64,000 bases of DNA from a virus, in the IMG/VR virus record IMGVR_UViG_3300042465_007464, positions 45,601-109,600 of that record, one strand, 5' to 3'. Positions within the stretch are counted from its first letter, which is position 1. Every line of letters begins with the position of its first letter. The notes below the pieces were generated by a model. It was not told the origin of the DNA. It did not search any database and saw only the letters and a list, made by a program, of their open reading frames with translations. Below, piece by piece: positions 41,507 to 51,204 of the stretch. Position numbers and translations under genes: made by a program.

Positions 41507-42529
41507 TTATCCTAAAATCAATGGTGTTGCGTGACAATCGATGCCTACATTCAATAACGCTTGTTCTTTTGCTTTAGCTTCGATAACAACGTCAAGTGCA
41601 TCGACACCGTAAGTGTCAGGTAATGATAAAATGAAGTCGGCATGAGCCTGCTCCTTGATCTTGCTAAATTCTTTGTACATCTTAGCAAATGTCGGCCATT
41701 TCGGTAAATCGTCCCATGCAATATTATGCTTGTCGCAAATGCCTTCGATAAGACGTTGTGCTTCGCGTCGACGAGACTCGCTGTAATGAGTACACTGCGT
41801 AACACCATGCCGTTGCCAAGTCTCACGTGCCATGAAAAATGCTTCTTGTTCTGACAAATCGCCGGTATTGAATGTATGATGCCAATAGTCAAATGTAATA
41901 GGAATAGCAATATCAGCGTGTAACATTTCATACAAGTCACGCACCGAATACATAGATGCTTTGTCGTCATTTTCTATAACGAGACGACTCTTACATGAAT
42001 CTGATAATCTATCCCAATTGCGTAACCATCGTGCAATAGTCGATGTCTTATCGCCGTAAGTCGCACCTACATGTATGTTGATCTTGTTCTCGAAACTAGG
42101 AGCAAAACCCATAAGGTCAAACATCTCGCTATGGCGTTCTAAACCAATGATAGAATTGTCAACTACTTTGGCATCGGCACTACCTAAGATATGAAACGGA
42201 CCAGGATGCGTAGTAACGCGATGACCATGCGCACGTGCATAATCACCTGCCGCACGAAGATGTTTAGCAATTTCATCGATACCTGGCAAATCTTCTAACC
42301 GATAATGATTCCAACGCGGAAACAATTCGCTACCAATACGGAACAGTCGAATATCGTGCTGTTCGTTCCACTGCAAGATAGGCAGCAAGTCACGTGCATT
42401 TGCTAAAGAAATGTCAGAAGCAAGTTGCAAACCACCAAGCTGAAATTTGCGGTCAATCATTGTGCGACCCGTACGGATCTTTTGTTCACTCAACTGCATA
42501 TTGATGCAGGCATAACCATAACGTATCAT
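41507..42529 (-). CDS. uvsE: UV-damage endonuclease (UvsE/UVDE)
   Basis: GYACIN, LFRIGSELFP, HPGPF, INIHVG, RLVIENDDK, FDYWHH, EAKAKE. Confidence 0.92.
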   Translation of the reverse strand: MIRYGYACINMQLSEQKIRTGRTMIDRKFQLGGLQLASDISLANARDLLPILQWNEQHDIRLFRIGSELFPRWNHYRLEDLPGIDEIAKHLRAAGDYARAHGHRVTTHPGPFHILGSADAKVVDNSIIGLERHSEMFDLMGFAPSFENKINIHVGATYGDKTSTIARWLRNWDRLSDSCKSRLVIENDDKASMYSVRDLYEMLHADIAIPITFDYWHHTFNTGDLSEQEAFFMARETWQRHGVTQCTHYSESRRREAQRLIEGICDKHNIAWDDLPKWPTFAKMYKEFSKIKEQAHADFILSLPDTYGVDALDVVIEAKAKEQALLNVGIDCHATPLILG

Positions 42530-42629
42530 AGACTTTTTTTATAATATAAGAAATAAAATGCAATAATCCTAATTTCGGCGATTTTTAATGCGTATATATT
42601 TATATGAAAGAAACCTTTAAGGATATGCA

Positions 42630-43310
42630 ATGAAAATTAATTTAGCAGAAAATTTGCTTCGTTTTGGAGTAAAAAATTTATCGGAATCTGATTACGAAAA
42701 AATACAAGAACAAACTGCTGCAAAAATATCCATAGCACCAATTAATGTATCGCGTAAGTTTGGAACAAGTGCAACCCCAGTCGTTATTAATGATTTGGAA
42801 GGATATTTAGGCGTACGAACAGATAAAGGTGCTGAATATTGGTTTCCATCTGGAAAAGTAGTTACATGTATTGGCAGTAATGATATATTTAATTTATTAA
42901 TAGGTCCTGCAGGTGTTATTAATGATACTGTATATACACCAAAGTATGAATTATTAGTAATGGTTATTGCCTTAGGGAATGCTGTAAATTCTATGAAACA
43001 AGCAATAGCAAATAATACTGCAACGGGAACAAAACAAGCAGAGGTATCAACTATGAAAGCTAGATCGATAGCAACTTTCGATTTAACGAAAAAAATGAAT
43101 AATACGCCTTACGTAGCAGCATTTATTTTAAAACTATTACAAATTGATATGGAACTAAGACAATCGGTAGATAAAGTATTACTACCAAAAGTTGTTGATA
43201 TCATCAATCTTTTAAATCAAATAGGCGTATATTCAAATACAATTAATATTGATACGGACAAACAAACAATTGACAATTTTTTTATAAAAATGGGTGGAAA
43301 ATTAGTTTAA
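42630..43310 (+). CDS. Hypothetical protein with MKINLAENLLRF leader (cassette 1)
   Basis: Late motif TATTTAT and AAGGA upstream; N-terminus shared with 43790. Confidence 0.7.
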   Translation: MKINLAENLLRFGVKNLSESDYEKIQEQTAAKISIAPINVSRKFGTSATPVVINDLEGYLGVRTDKGAEYWFPSGKVVTCIGSNDIFNLLIGPAGVINDTVYTPKYELLVMVIALGNAVNSMKQAIANNTATGTKQAEVSTMKARSIATFDLTKKMNNTPYVAAFILKLLQIDMELRQSVDKVLLPKVVDIINLLNQIGVYSNTINIDTDKQTIDNFFIKMGGKLV

Positions 43311-43321
43311 TCACCCACCCA

Positions 43322-43663
43322 TTAATGTGTAGAATTAAAATAATATTGTTCAAGTTTATTTTCCTTGAATGCATTATTAATATCAGTTAATCCGGTAATA
43401 AATCCCATTTCGGAATCTTCTGAATATATTTCAATAATTACATCAGAAACAAACGTTGTAGTATCATTCCAAACTATACTTTTAATAACATATCCATTTA
43501 CAGAATATTTTGCTTTAATGATATCAAAAAATTGAGCAACGTGAATATAATCGCTATTTAACGGAACTACGATACCTAAATCATTTGAATTATATGATTC
43601 GCGATCTTGACTAAATACAATACCACTAACTAAAACTGCTACGATTACAATTAACTTTTTCAT
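43322..43663 (-). CDS. Secreted hypothetical protein (cassette 1 partner)
   Basis: Signal peptide MKKLIVIVAVLVSGIVFS-Q. Confidence 0.7.
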   Translation of the reverse strand: MKKLIVIVAVLVSGIVFSQDRESYNSNDLGIVVPLNSDYIHVAQFFDIIKAKYSVNGYVIKSIVWNDTTTFVSDVIIEIYSEDSEMGFITGLTDINNAFKENKLEQYYFNSTH

Positions 43664-43789
43664 CTCTCTTTATTTAATTGGTTTCTATATTATAAAAATA
43701 AGGAAAAAATCAGTACGATCCAACCTTTTTACTAACTTTAATGAAAGTTTTTTTATTGATATTTATATGAAAGAAACCATAAAGGATAC

Positions 43790-44416
43790 ATGATGAAAAT
43801 TAATTTAGCAGAAAATTTGCTTCGTTTTGCACCAAAAAACTTGGATGCTAAAACTATCGAAAAAATACAAGAATTGGCAGAACAAACTGCAACTACATCT
43901 AACATACCGGCTAACGTAGCACAAATTCCAAATTGGAAAACTGTAGCCACGTGGTTTAAAACAAATGCACACGATAAAGGAATTAAAACTGCCGCTTTAG
44001 CATATGGAGATTTTTTATATCAAGCTGAACCAGCTGGTCAAGATTTTCGTTTATCCGTTTATCAAGCACAACAATGCCAATATGGCACATTCCCATTTAT
44101 AGCATTACAACGTTATGCAGATTTAAGTACCGATGGAATGGGAAATATTAAAGATGCAGAAACAACGCCAATGCAAGCACTAGTTAGTTTGCAAAATGTA
44201 TCCAATCAAGTAAGTGCCGGTATACAAGAAGTTAATGATAATTGGAATAATAGTATACCACAAACAAATACAGCCGTTGCACGACAACATATAAAATTAA
44301 GAAAACCTGCATTACAAAACACGATTAATGTTATAAAACAACAATCGAATTTAGCTGAAATAGGTAGCAAATTAACAGGTACTGCTAAAGGTGCATACGA
44401 AGAAATAATTTCATAA
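43790..44416 (+). CDS. Hypothetical protein with MKINLAENLLRF leader (cassette 2)
   Basis: Same upstream region and leader as 42630; unrelated body. Confidence 0.7.
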   Translation: MMKINLAENLLRFAPKNLDAKTIEKIQELAEQTATTSNIPANVAQIPNWKTVATWFKTNAHDKGIKTAALAYGDFLYQAEPAGQDFRLSVYQAQQCQYGTFPFIALQRYADLSTDGMGNIKDAETTPMQALVSLQNVSNQVSAGIQEVNDNWNNSIPQTNTAVARQHIKLRKPALQNTINVIKQQSNLAEIGSKLTGTAKGAYEEIIS

Positions 44417-44437
44417 TATTATTGTATAAACAGTATG

Positions 44438-44468
44438 AATGGGGTAGCTAAAAACTACCCCATTTTTT
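44438..44468. terminator. Terminator hairpin between convergent genes
   Basis: aatggggtag-ctaaaa-ctaccccatt followed by a T-run on the + strand. Confidence 0.8.
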
Positions 44469-45001
44469 TATTTATTAGTTAATAATTCTGTAACTCCTTC
44501 GAAATTTGTAAAAAATATAATCGATCCAAATCCACCTTTACCTCGTGCAATGTATACTTCTAAAATATCAATTGATTTTACATTTGATTTTTTATCATTA
44601 ACTTCGATATGTGCAAAGTTTACGATTTTTTCATGTTTCGTACTAACAGCTCCAAAAGCAAATGCCGTCGCATCTTCTAAAACTTTATCGGAAAAATAAG
44701 TTTCGAAACTTAATACTTGATTGGTATCGGGTAACGTTTTAAATCTATATGGAGCCCAATTAACAAATTTTGCATATTCGCTTCTAAGTTCTTTAGAGAT
44801 ATCTGAGTTAGGACCTGCAGGTAAACTATCAACATAACCCGATTCAACTAAATATCTATCATGCGAACCTATATAAAATATGTCATATCGATTCAAAAAA
44901 TCAATTTGTGAAAAAAAGATAGCTTCATATCTTTGATCAATGTTCTGTGCATTAACAATGCCACTAACTAAAACTGCTACGATTACAATTAACTTTTTCA
45001 T
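44468..45001 (-). CDS. Secreted hypothetical protein (cassette 2 partner)
   Basis: Signal peptide MKKLIVIVAVLVSGIVNA-Q. Confidence 0.7.
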   Translation of the reverse strand: MKKLIVIVAVLVSGIVNAQNIDQRYEAIFFSQIDFLNRYDIFYIGSHDRYLVESGYVDSLPAGPNSDISKELRSEYAKFVNWAPYRFKTLPDTNQVLSFETYFSDKVLEDATAFAFGAVSTKHEKIVNFAHIEVNDKKSNVKSIDILEVYIARGKGGFGSIIFFTNFEGVTELLTNK

Positions 45002-45092
45002 CTCTCTTTATTTAATTGGTTTCTTATATTATAAAAATAAGGAAAAAACCAATACAATCCAACCGAATCATAAAAAAAGTTTCGAAAAAGTT

Positions 45093-45665
45093 TTATTTCT
45101 TTACGAACCCATTAAGGAAATCACGTTGCTTTTGAATAGCATCATTTAGGCTTGATTCCGTAGAATCTTTTCGCTTTTTTGAATTGCCGTTACGCACTCC
45201 TGCAGTGCTAGGTTTAACAACATTCGATTTGCTAGATCCTCGCTTTTTATTTGTTGGTATCGTTCCACTATCGGCGTCATCAGTTCCTGGGAGTATTGAA
45301 TCGTCATCTCTGCTAGCATCTTCTTTCCCTCCGGCGTTGATAGAAACTGTTGCAATTCGCGTTGGTTTAACGAAGGTTTCAATGCGTTTAATGATTTCAT
45401 CTTGGCCGATGGATTTTGTGTCTTCGAAGAAGATATATCCCGTATGATACGCTGTCTTTTGCCCCTCAATCTGGATACCGCACGGGTAATTGACTCCATC
45501 TGACGACGTAACCATGTATTGAACGCCCCACCCTGTATTTTTATGTTTTTTGACATAACCATATTTCTTTTGACCAAGCCAAGAAAAGAAAACCGCTGCT
45601 CCTACGCGGAACTGCGGTTTATTGAACTTTGCTTGTAATTTATCTGATACTTTTTGTTTTGCCAT
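45093..45665 (-). CDS. Hypothetical protein
   Basis: 190-aa ORF, AAGG upstream. Confidence 0.6.
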   Translation of the reverse strand: MAKQKVSDKLQAKFNKPQFRVGAAVFFSWLGQKKYGYVKKHKNTGWGVQYMVTSSDGVNYPCGIQIEGQKTAYHTGYIFFEDTKSIGQDEIIKRIETFVKPTRIATVSINAGGKEDASRDDDSILPGTDDADSGTIPTNKKRGSSKSNVVKPSTAGVRNGNSKKRKDSTESSLNDAIQKQRDFLNGFVKK

Positions 45666-45671
45666 TTGCCT

Positions 45672-46106
45672 TTAATTAATGCAAATTGAATCCGTTTGGT
45701 TGATAATACGAAATATTCGCAAATATCTAGTAACTTTATCCCGTTTGAATGTTTTTTCCATGTTTTTATCACGTTGAATGATATATCCCGATTCCATGAA
45801 CTTGTATATGATATGTCGGGTAGCACGAAGGCTATTAGATTCAATCATAATGTTTTCATCGTCAATCATCACTTCAACAGCATCTTCCGGCAATTCCGTT
45901 TTAGATGAGTGCACGGATTCTGATTCTTGTTGAATAAATTGGTCGCGCAATGATTCAAAAAACGAGGTTAAATTCAACCCGGAACTACGAATCAATTCAG
46001 CTTCATATAATTCAAAGAAGAATTTTACGCGTTCTGCTTTTTTTAATTGTTTGAAGTAACTATACTCTGCATAGTTAACTTGCATTACATCAAATACTGT
46101 TTTCAT
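45672..46106 (-). CDS. Hypothetical protein
   Basis: 144-aa ORF, AAGGA upstream. Confidence 0.6.
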   Translation of the reverse strand: MKTVFDVMQVNYAEYSYFKQLKKAERVKFFFELYEAELIRSSGLNLTSFFESLRDQFIQQESESVHSSKTELPEDAVEVMIDDENIMIESNSLRATRHIIYKFMESGYIIQRDKNMEKTFKRDKVTRYLRIFRIINQTDSICIN

Positions 46107-46266
46107 GAGACAATTCCTTTATTACAAACAATTCTACAATCATATCAACTGTTAATTGTTTTCGTAGTGCAACAAATTCACGTGCCTCGGACAAACTCGT
46201 TGCCATTACACGTCCTATGGGTTCACATTTCTTATCCGTTTTAGAATAGTATACAAATGTTTTCAT
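46090..46266 (-). CDS. Small hypothetical protein (58 aa)
   Basis: Manual translation MKTFVYYSKTDKKCEPIGRV...; AAGGA and the late motif upstream. Confidence 0.55.
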   Translation of the reverse strand: MKTFVYYSKTDKKCEPIGRVMATSLSEAREFVALRKQLTVDMIVELFVIKELSHENSI

Positions 46267-46280
46267 AGGTACATCCTTTA

Positions 46281-46673
46281 TTATAAATATAGGCCTAGTT
46301 CGTAAGCTCTCATGGTAGAATTCATTGCGTCTGTGATAGTTTCGGATAATTTACCGATTTCTGTCTTGTTTAGCATGAATGTTCTGCCACGCAATGAAAC
46401 TTCAAATGTTTCTGTTTTACCAACTCTTTCAGCATACAGGTTATTTGATAACGTTTCAATTGATTTAGCGTAATTTAATAAATCTTTGTAACGCATAGGA
46501 ATTACAGCGCCAGCAACGTGCATTTCGCCGATTAATGTCCCTAATGGTTCGGATCTAAAATTGTCTGCAGATATTTTGTCTTGAAAAACAAAATCTAATT
46601 CTGCCCAAGTGTTGCCATAGCGCGTTCTAAATTTGTCGCTAATTGCCCATGGCTGATTGATACTTTTTTTCAT
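46281..46673 (-). CDS. Hypothetical protein
   Basis: 130-aa ORF. Confidence 0.6.
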   Translation of the reverse strand: MKKSINQPWAISDKFRTRYGNTWAELDFVFQDKISADNFRSEPLGTLIGEMHVAGAVIPMRYKDLLNYAKSIETLSNNLYAERVGKTETFEVSLRGRTFMLNKTEIGKLSETITDAMNSTMRAYELGLYL

Positions 46674-46684
46674 GTTTTTATGTT

Positions 46685-46969
46685 TTAACGTTTATGAATT
46701 CGATTTGCAATTCGTTCTTTATTTTGACGTTTTCTCTCTGCCGGCATCATTTTCTTCAAAGGATGGGTTCGATTCATGTTACGTTCGGTTTGCACGGTTA
46801 AAAGTGCGTTATTCCAAGCATCTTCCGGCGTATCACAATCTGGCAATAAGAAAATATCATTAAGATTTTGTTCGTTCCACAAAACAAAGTATTTACCAAA
46901 GGCAGATGCGATATCTGCCCCTGGATAAAATTGATTTACTTTGCGTTGTATGGATTCTAGCTTATGCAT
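46685..46969 (-). CDS. Hypothetical protein
   Basis: 94-aa ORF in an operon. Confidence 0.55.
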   Translation of the reverse strand: MHKLESIQRKVNQFYPGADIASAFGKYFVLWNEQNLNDIFLLPDCDTPEDAWNNALLTVQTERNMNRTHPLKKMMPAERKRQNKERIANRIHKR

Positions 46970-47237
46970 GGCATATTGGTAATGCTTCTTCTGCTACTAG
47001 ATCCTTGTAAGGTATGGTGCATTCGATAGCACCACTATCAACTAGCTTCTCAGTAAGCGTTTTGTTGATATAAGTTTGGTTTGATTGGGAAGTTCCTACA
47101 TAAACCACCGCACTTCGGTTCTCAAGCAATACATCATAAACCGTTTGTTTGCTAACAATGTGTTTATCTAATACTACTCCTACTCGATGCGTGTCTCCCT
47201 GGGTAACGATTACCGTATTTCCTGCTCTGTATCCCAT
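46962..47237 (-). CDS. Hypothetical protein (SH3/KOW-like beta pattern)
   Basis: 91-aa ORF in an operon. Confidence 0.5.
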   Translation of the reverse strand: MGYRAGNTVIVTQGDTHRVGVVLDKHIVSKQTVYDVLLENRSAVVYVGTSQSNQTYINKTLTEKLVDSGAIECTIPYKDLVAEEALPICHA

Positions 47238-47446
47238 TATTCTAAGATTTTGATGATTTTACTTGCAGTCACTGACTTAACTTCGAAGTCGAATGTGTAA
47301 CCGGTAAAGTCTTTTACAACTTTTGCTTCCGCTTCGGTAACTGACATAGCTTCTACTAGGTAAGTTTCGGTAATTTTCTTGATTTTCGGGCCTTTCGGCG
47401 TGTCAACTTCATCTGTAAGTTGAATTTTTGCTACGTAATAACTCAT
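47237..47446 (-). CDS. DUF4494-like protein
   Basis: KKITETYLVEAMSVTEAEAKV, a Bacteroidota-type family signature. Confidence 0.75.
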   Translation of the reverse strand: MSYYVAKIQLTDEVDTPKGPKIKKITETYLVEAMSVTEAEAKVVKDFTGYTFDFEVKSVTASKIIKILE

Positions 47447-47506
47447 TTGTTTAAAAATTTTATAACTTATTTAAAATATAAGGAAAAAAAAGCAAGTTTC
47501 AAATGT

Positions 47507-48325
47507 TTACTTGCTTTTTTCCAATGATTTTTGCAAACGTTTTTGATTTTTATGGAATTCGTAAGACTTACGTATATCTTTTGGATCCAATTTCAAAGTT
47601 AACTGCAATGTATCTAATATGTCAGCAATGATACGTTGCTTTTCGTTGGCAGTTTTGGTTTTTTTATCAATCATATCAATGATTTTGTTCAATTGATAAA
47701 CATACCCTTTTGGTAATCTTTTTAAAATGCGAGAACGTTCTACTGCAATGTCTGTTAATGTAGTAGTTTTCTTGTCATTTTTAGTTTTTTCGCTGATAAG
47801 TTGCTTTGCAATGGTTACTGATTCTTTAAGAATATCGCCGTAACGAACAACCCACGCAACTTCTGGTGCGGGTGCTGGTGGCATTTCCGATCCACCACCC
47901 ATTGCTGCCCCAGATGCAGATGAACCTTTTTCAATTTCGGCTTTATCATCAGCACCTAATCCTTTCACAGCATTAAGACTTAGATTTAATTGTATGGTAT
48001 AATCATTATTACGACCAAAGCCACCATATGGTACAATGGAAATAATTTTTCTTTTGATTAATCCGTTTAATATTTCCGGAGTTAAATTCAAGTCTCGGCC
48101 CGAACGTGCAATGAATTCTTCAATGCCAGCATTCGATTTAGAATACAAAATTCCAATATGGTTTGTACCATATGCATCAAACTTTCCAAGAAACTTTTCT
48201 TCTGCAGGAGTAAATGGAGAATTTTTAGCATCTTTAGGTGCATTATCGGTTTCTCGCTTTACGGGTGCTTCTGGCTGTTCTTGTTCAGCTATGATGCGAC
48301 GAATTATGTGTTCTAGTGGTTTCAT
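47507..48325 (-). CDS. Hypothetical protein (probable head-packaged)
   Basis: 272 aa; leader ending IIAE-Q. Confidence 0.55.
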   Translation of the reverse strand: MKPLEHIIRRIIAEQEQPEAPVKRETDNAPKDAKNSPFTPAEEKFLGKFDAYGTNHIGILYSKSNAGIEEFIARSGRDLNLTPEILNGLIKRKIISIVPYGGFGRNNDYTIQLNLSLNAVKGLGADDKAEIEKGSSASGAAMGGGSEMPPAPAPEVAWVVRYGDILKESVTIAKQLISEKTKNDKKTTTLTDIAVERSRILKRLPKGYVYQLNKIIDMIDKKTKTANEKQRIIADILDTLQLTLKLDPKDIRKSYEFHKNQKRLQKSLEKSK

Positions 48326-48510
48326 TTTCCAGCTTTTGCTTCTGCTAATTGAGTTGAACGATACTTGCTAACTAATTTTTTCATCTCATTGATTGATTTT
48401 CTAGCTCTAACGCCAGCAGCTTTAACTTGTTTTTCTTGGAAACGGGCATGGTTTTCTTTAAACTCTGTCCAATGTGCTTCCATTGCTTCATAGATTTCTT
48501 GTGATGTCAT
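48322..48510 (-). CDS. Histone H1-like (Hc1 family) small protein
   Basis: KAAGVRARKSINEMKKLVSKYR matches the KAAG.RARK...YR pattern. Confidence 0.7.
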   Translation of the reverse strand: MTSQEIYEAMEAHWTEFKENHARFQEKQVKAAGVRARKSINEMKKLVSKYRSTQLAEAKAGK

Positions 48511-48538
48511 ATTAACCTTTTTTTATTTATTATAAATA

Positions 48539-48736
48539 TCATTGTCGTACAAAACGGTCCATAAACGCATAAATGTTATCTGATTTAACTTTAAGCGTAG
48601 TATAATCTGTTAATTCGATTATGATATTTTCTTTTTCTTCGTAAACTCGTTGTATATGTATTTGATTGACAAACTGTATGGATTCTGTGCCTTTATCTGA
48701 AATTACAGTAACTGCCACAAAATCCGTTCTCATCAA
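48539..48736 (-). CDS. Hypothetical protein
   Basis: 65-aa ORF. Confidence 0.5.
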   Translation of the reverse strand: MMRTDFVAVTVISDKGTESIQFVNQIHIQRVYEEKENIIIELTDYTTLKVKSDNIYAFMDRFVRQ

Positions 48737-49167
48737 TCTCCAGTATATCTACTTCCTAAATGACCTTTTGATACGTAACTAGGAGAATCGTATGGATTCG
48801 CCGATGTACGTATTCCGGTATCTGGATTTCTTTTTTGCAATTTGTTACCTACTGCTACTCGCAAATCCATCATGCTACTAGGATTTTCTGTTGCATATTG
48901 ATATAGTTCGTCTGCTAACGTTTTTAGATCATCATCAGTACCATTGATTTCACCTTTCAACCAAACACATACTTCAGCAGTATTTGCAAAACGATTTTCT
49001 TTATCTCGCAACATATGCATGATTCCGCGATAATATAAATCTGCATCATTTGGTAAACCTTCTGCAAGTGTACGGCGACCATGTTCTTTGATAATGCGTT
49101 TAGCACGACTTAATTCTTCTCGTAGAATTTCAATGTGTCTCGGATCGTTAAAATCAAAAAGTTTCAT
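48733..49167 (-). CDS. Hypothetical protein
   Basis: 144-aa ORF. Confidence 0.55.
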   Translation of the reverse strand: MKLFDFNDPRHIEILREELSRAKRIIKEHGRRTLAEGLPNDADLYYRGIMHMLRDKENRFANTAEVCVWLKGEINGTDDDLKTLADELYQYATENPSSMMDLRVAVGNKLQKRNPDTGIRTSANPYDSPSYVSKGHLGSRYTGD

Positions 49168-49544
49168 TATTTCAAGTTTTCTAATTTATAAATGGTTGAA
49201 TAAATCAATTCTTTAACATTATCCATTTGATTTAAAATGTATGTATCTTTGGCATCTAATTTATCGTATGCACGTTCAACGAATTGAGCTAGTGCTTTGA
49301 AATACTTAAGTTCATTTCCATTGTTAGTGTTATCATCAAATTTTTCAGCCGGAGAATATCCTTTAACGATTCCATGTTTTCCTTGATATGCTTCCACTAA
49401 TACATCAGTTAATCCTGGTATTGCATCATAGTATGTGTTGAGTGCTAAGTGACGTGCTAAAGATCCATCACCTTCAGTTTGCCAATGGAAAATATGAGCT
49501 TGGTCTCTCGAAGCCATTAAAGTTGATATTAATTTTTCAAACAT
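49167..49544 (-). CDS. Ferritin/Dps-like protein (DUF5856-type)
   Basis: HIFHWQT...ARHLALN.YYD...D.LVEAYQGKHG...TIYKL. Confidence 0.75.
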   Translation of the reverse strand: MFEKLISTLMASRDQAHIFHWQTEGDGSLARHLALNTYYDAIPGLTDVLVEAYQGKHGIVKGYSPAEKFDDNTNNGNELKYFKALAQFVERAYDKLDAKDTYILNQMDNVKELIYSTIYKLENLK

Positions 49545-49562
49545 TGAGTTCCTTTATTATAA

Positions 49563-50645
49563 TTATGATTTGTATGACTTAAAAAATGTTTCCGCAGCAG
49601 CCATTCTCTTTGGACTTATTTCACTAGGTCTTTCAAAATATTTTGCAAATGCATAAGCAGCATCGGATGGTGTTGAAGTAGATTTTATTTTAGATAACGA
49701 TCTAGATTCGGTAGTATTCATTTCGTGCCATAGATATTCCAATTGACCTTCTACTGAATTTGGATCAAATCCATTTTCTTTACACCATTTTTCTAAATTA
49801 GTCCAACGTTCATTATGCCATTGTGCTAATCCACGAGATGTACCATTATCGCCAACAGCAGCTGTATTGAATGCAGATTCCTGATTAATGTTACCGGCAA
49901 TACCAGCTGCTTGTTCTGGAGTTAAACCTTTTCCAACAAAGAATTTAATTACATCAGTACCTTTAGTTACAACGCCAGCTGACAATGTTGCAGCAGCAAC
50001 CGATCCGCCACTATAACTAGATCTAGCCGATGCAACAGAAGATCCTGGAGTTCTGTTATTTACCGCATTGGCTGGTGCCGTTTCTGAACCAAGTACTTGT
50101 TTTTTCCATTGATTTGCTAAAGATATATGTGCATCTGGATTCAAATGTACGTGATCTTTACCGAATGCACGTTGTCCGTATGAATTAGTATCTATAGTTA
50201 CATCAGATATATTTTGTGCATTAACCCAACGTGCAATTGCATCATTTGATGGATATCCCGAAGGGCTATAATATTTATCGCCTTGCACTACGAATTGTTT
50301 TGTTGGATTTGATATAGCAATTACCCGTGCTCCACTTTGTTTTGCTATGTTGTACGCATCGGAAAGATTTTTAATTGCCGCATCTGCAGTTTTTGCCGCA
50401 CCATCATTTCCTCCGCCCATAATTGTTATGACATCATATTTCTTATCGGCATTGGCTTTAACTTTTTGTAATATCCACGCGGTAGATGCTCCATTTTTTG
50501 CAGCAATTGCACCGGATACTACTCCGCTACGCAATATGTTATACGCATAGCTGTATTTAGCTGCGGTTTGCGAATCACCAACAAACAACACTCGAAGTTT
50601 TTTCGGTTCGGTTTGTTCTGACAATAAATCTTTTAATCGTATCAT
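49563..50645 (-). CDS. SGNH hydrolase fused to phage tail lysozyme, with MIRLKDLLSE leader
   Basis: FVGDS, GGND, DHVHLN; AAGIAGNINQES, GLAQW..ER, QLEYL, FERP. Confidence 0.85.
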   Translation of the reverse strand: MIRLKDLLSEQTEPKKLRVLFVGDSQTAAKYSYAYNILRSGVVSGAIAAKNGASTAWILQKVKANADKKYDVITIMGGGNDGAAKTADAAIKNLSDAYNIAKQSGARVIAISNPTKQFVVQGDKYYSPSGYPSNDAIARWVNAQNISDVTIDTNSYGQRAFGKDHVHLNPDAHISLANQWKKQVLGSETAPANAVNNRTPGSSVASARSSYSGGSVAAATLSAGVVTKGTDVIKFFVGKGLTPEQAAGIAGNINQESAFNTAAVGDNGTSRGLAQWHNERWTNLEKWCKENGFDPNSVEGQLEYLWHEMNTTESRSLSKIKSTSTPSDAAYAFAKYFERPSEISPKRMAAAETFFKSYKS

Positions 50646-50788
50646 TTTCCTTGACCTACGTACGCTTTTTTGTAGTTAGTTGCATTTTTGCTACCACTTC
50701 GTTTTGTCTTGGCATGAATTCCAGGACGTTTAACTTTTGGTTTTGCAATATGCAATTTTACATTTGTTTGTTTTTTTACAGCTGCCAT
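50642..50788 (-). CDS. Small basic protein (48 aa)
   Basis: Manual translation: MAAVKKQTNVKLHIAKPKVKRPGIHAKTKRSGSKNATNYKKAYVGQGK. Confidence 0.65.
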   Translation of the reverse strand: MAAVKKQTNVKLHIAKPKVKRPGIHAKTKRSGSKNATNYKKAYVGQGK

Positions 50789-50864
50789 TACTTGTTCTTT
50801 CGTTTATAACATGTAACCATTAAATGCAACGTAACTGATTAATTTAATATAAATATAGAACAGT

Positions 50865-50891
50865 AAAAAAGCCCCTCGAAACGAAGGGCTT
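50865..50891 (-). terminator. Intrinsic terminator
   Basis: AGCCCTTCG-TTT-CGAGGGGCT plus U-tract on the minus strand. Confidence 0.75.
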
Positions 50892-50912
50892 AATTTGATT
50901 GAATAAAATTAC

Positions 50913-51140
50913 TTAATCGAATGCGTTTTGCAATTCCCGAGTAACTGGATTCACTTCTTGCTGAACATATTTAATAACATTGGTAGATTCTGTTACCAAC
51001 GTTCCATGTTCCCCGTGAGTAACAACGCCACGCGTACCGGTTTTAATTTTAAGGATACCTTGCCCTAAGTCTTGCACTTCAACAGTTTCAGATTCTAAAC
51101 GGTGAGTGTTTGTGCTTGGTTCTAAAACAACAACTTGCAT
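50913..51140 (-). CDS. Small His-containing protein, probable partner of the adjacent DUF6745-like gene
   Basis: THRL...THGEHG...QQEVNP...AFD. Confidence 0.5.
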   Translation of the reverse strand: MQVVVLEPSTNTHRLESETVEVQDLGQGILKIKTGTRGVVTHGEHGTLVTESTNVIKYVQQEVNPVTRELQNAFD

Positions 51141-51204
51141 ATGAATAAAAATTAAAGGTTACAAATAAAAATAAGAAAATAAAATTAAAATTCCAACCGA
51201 ATTA

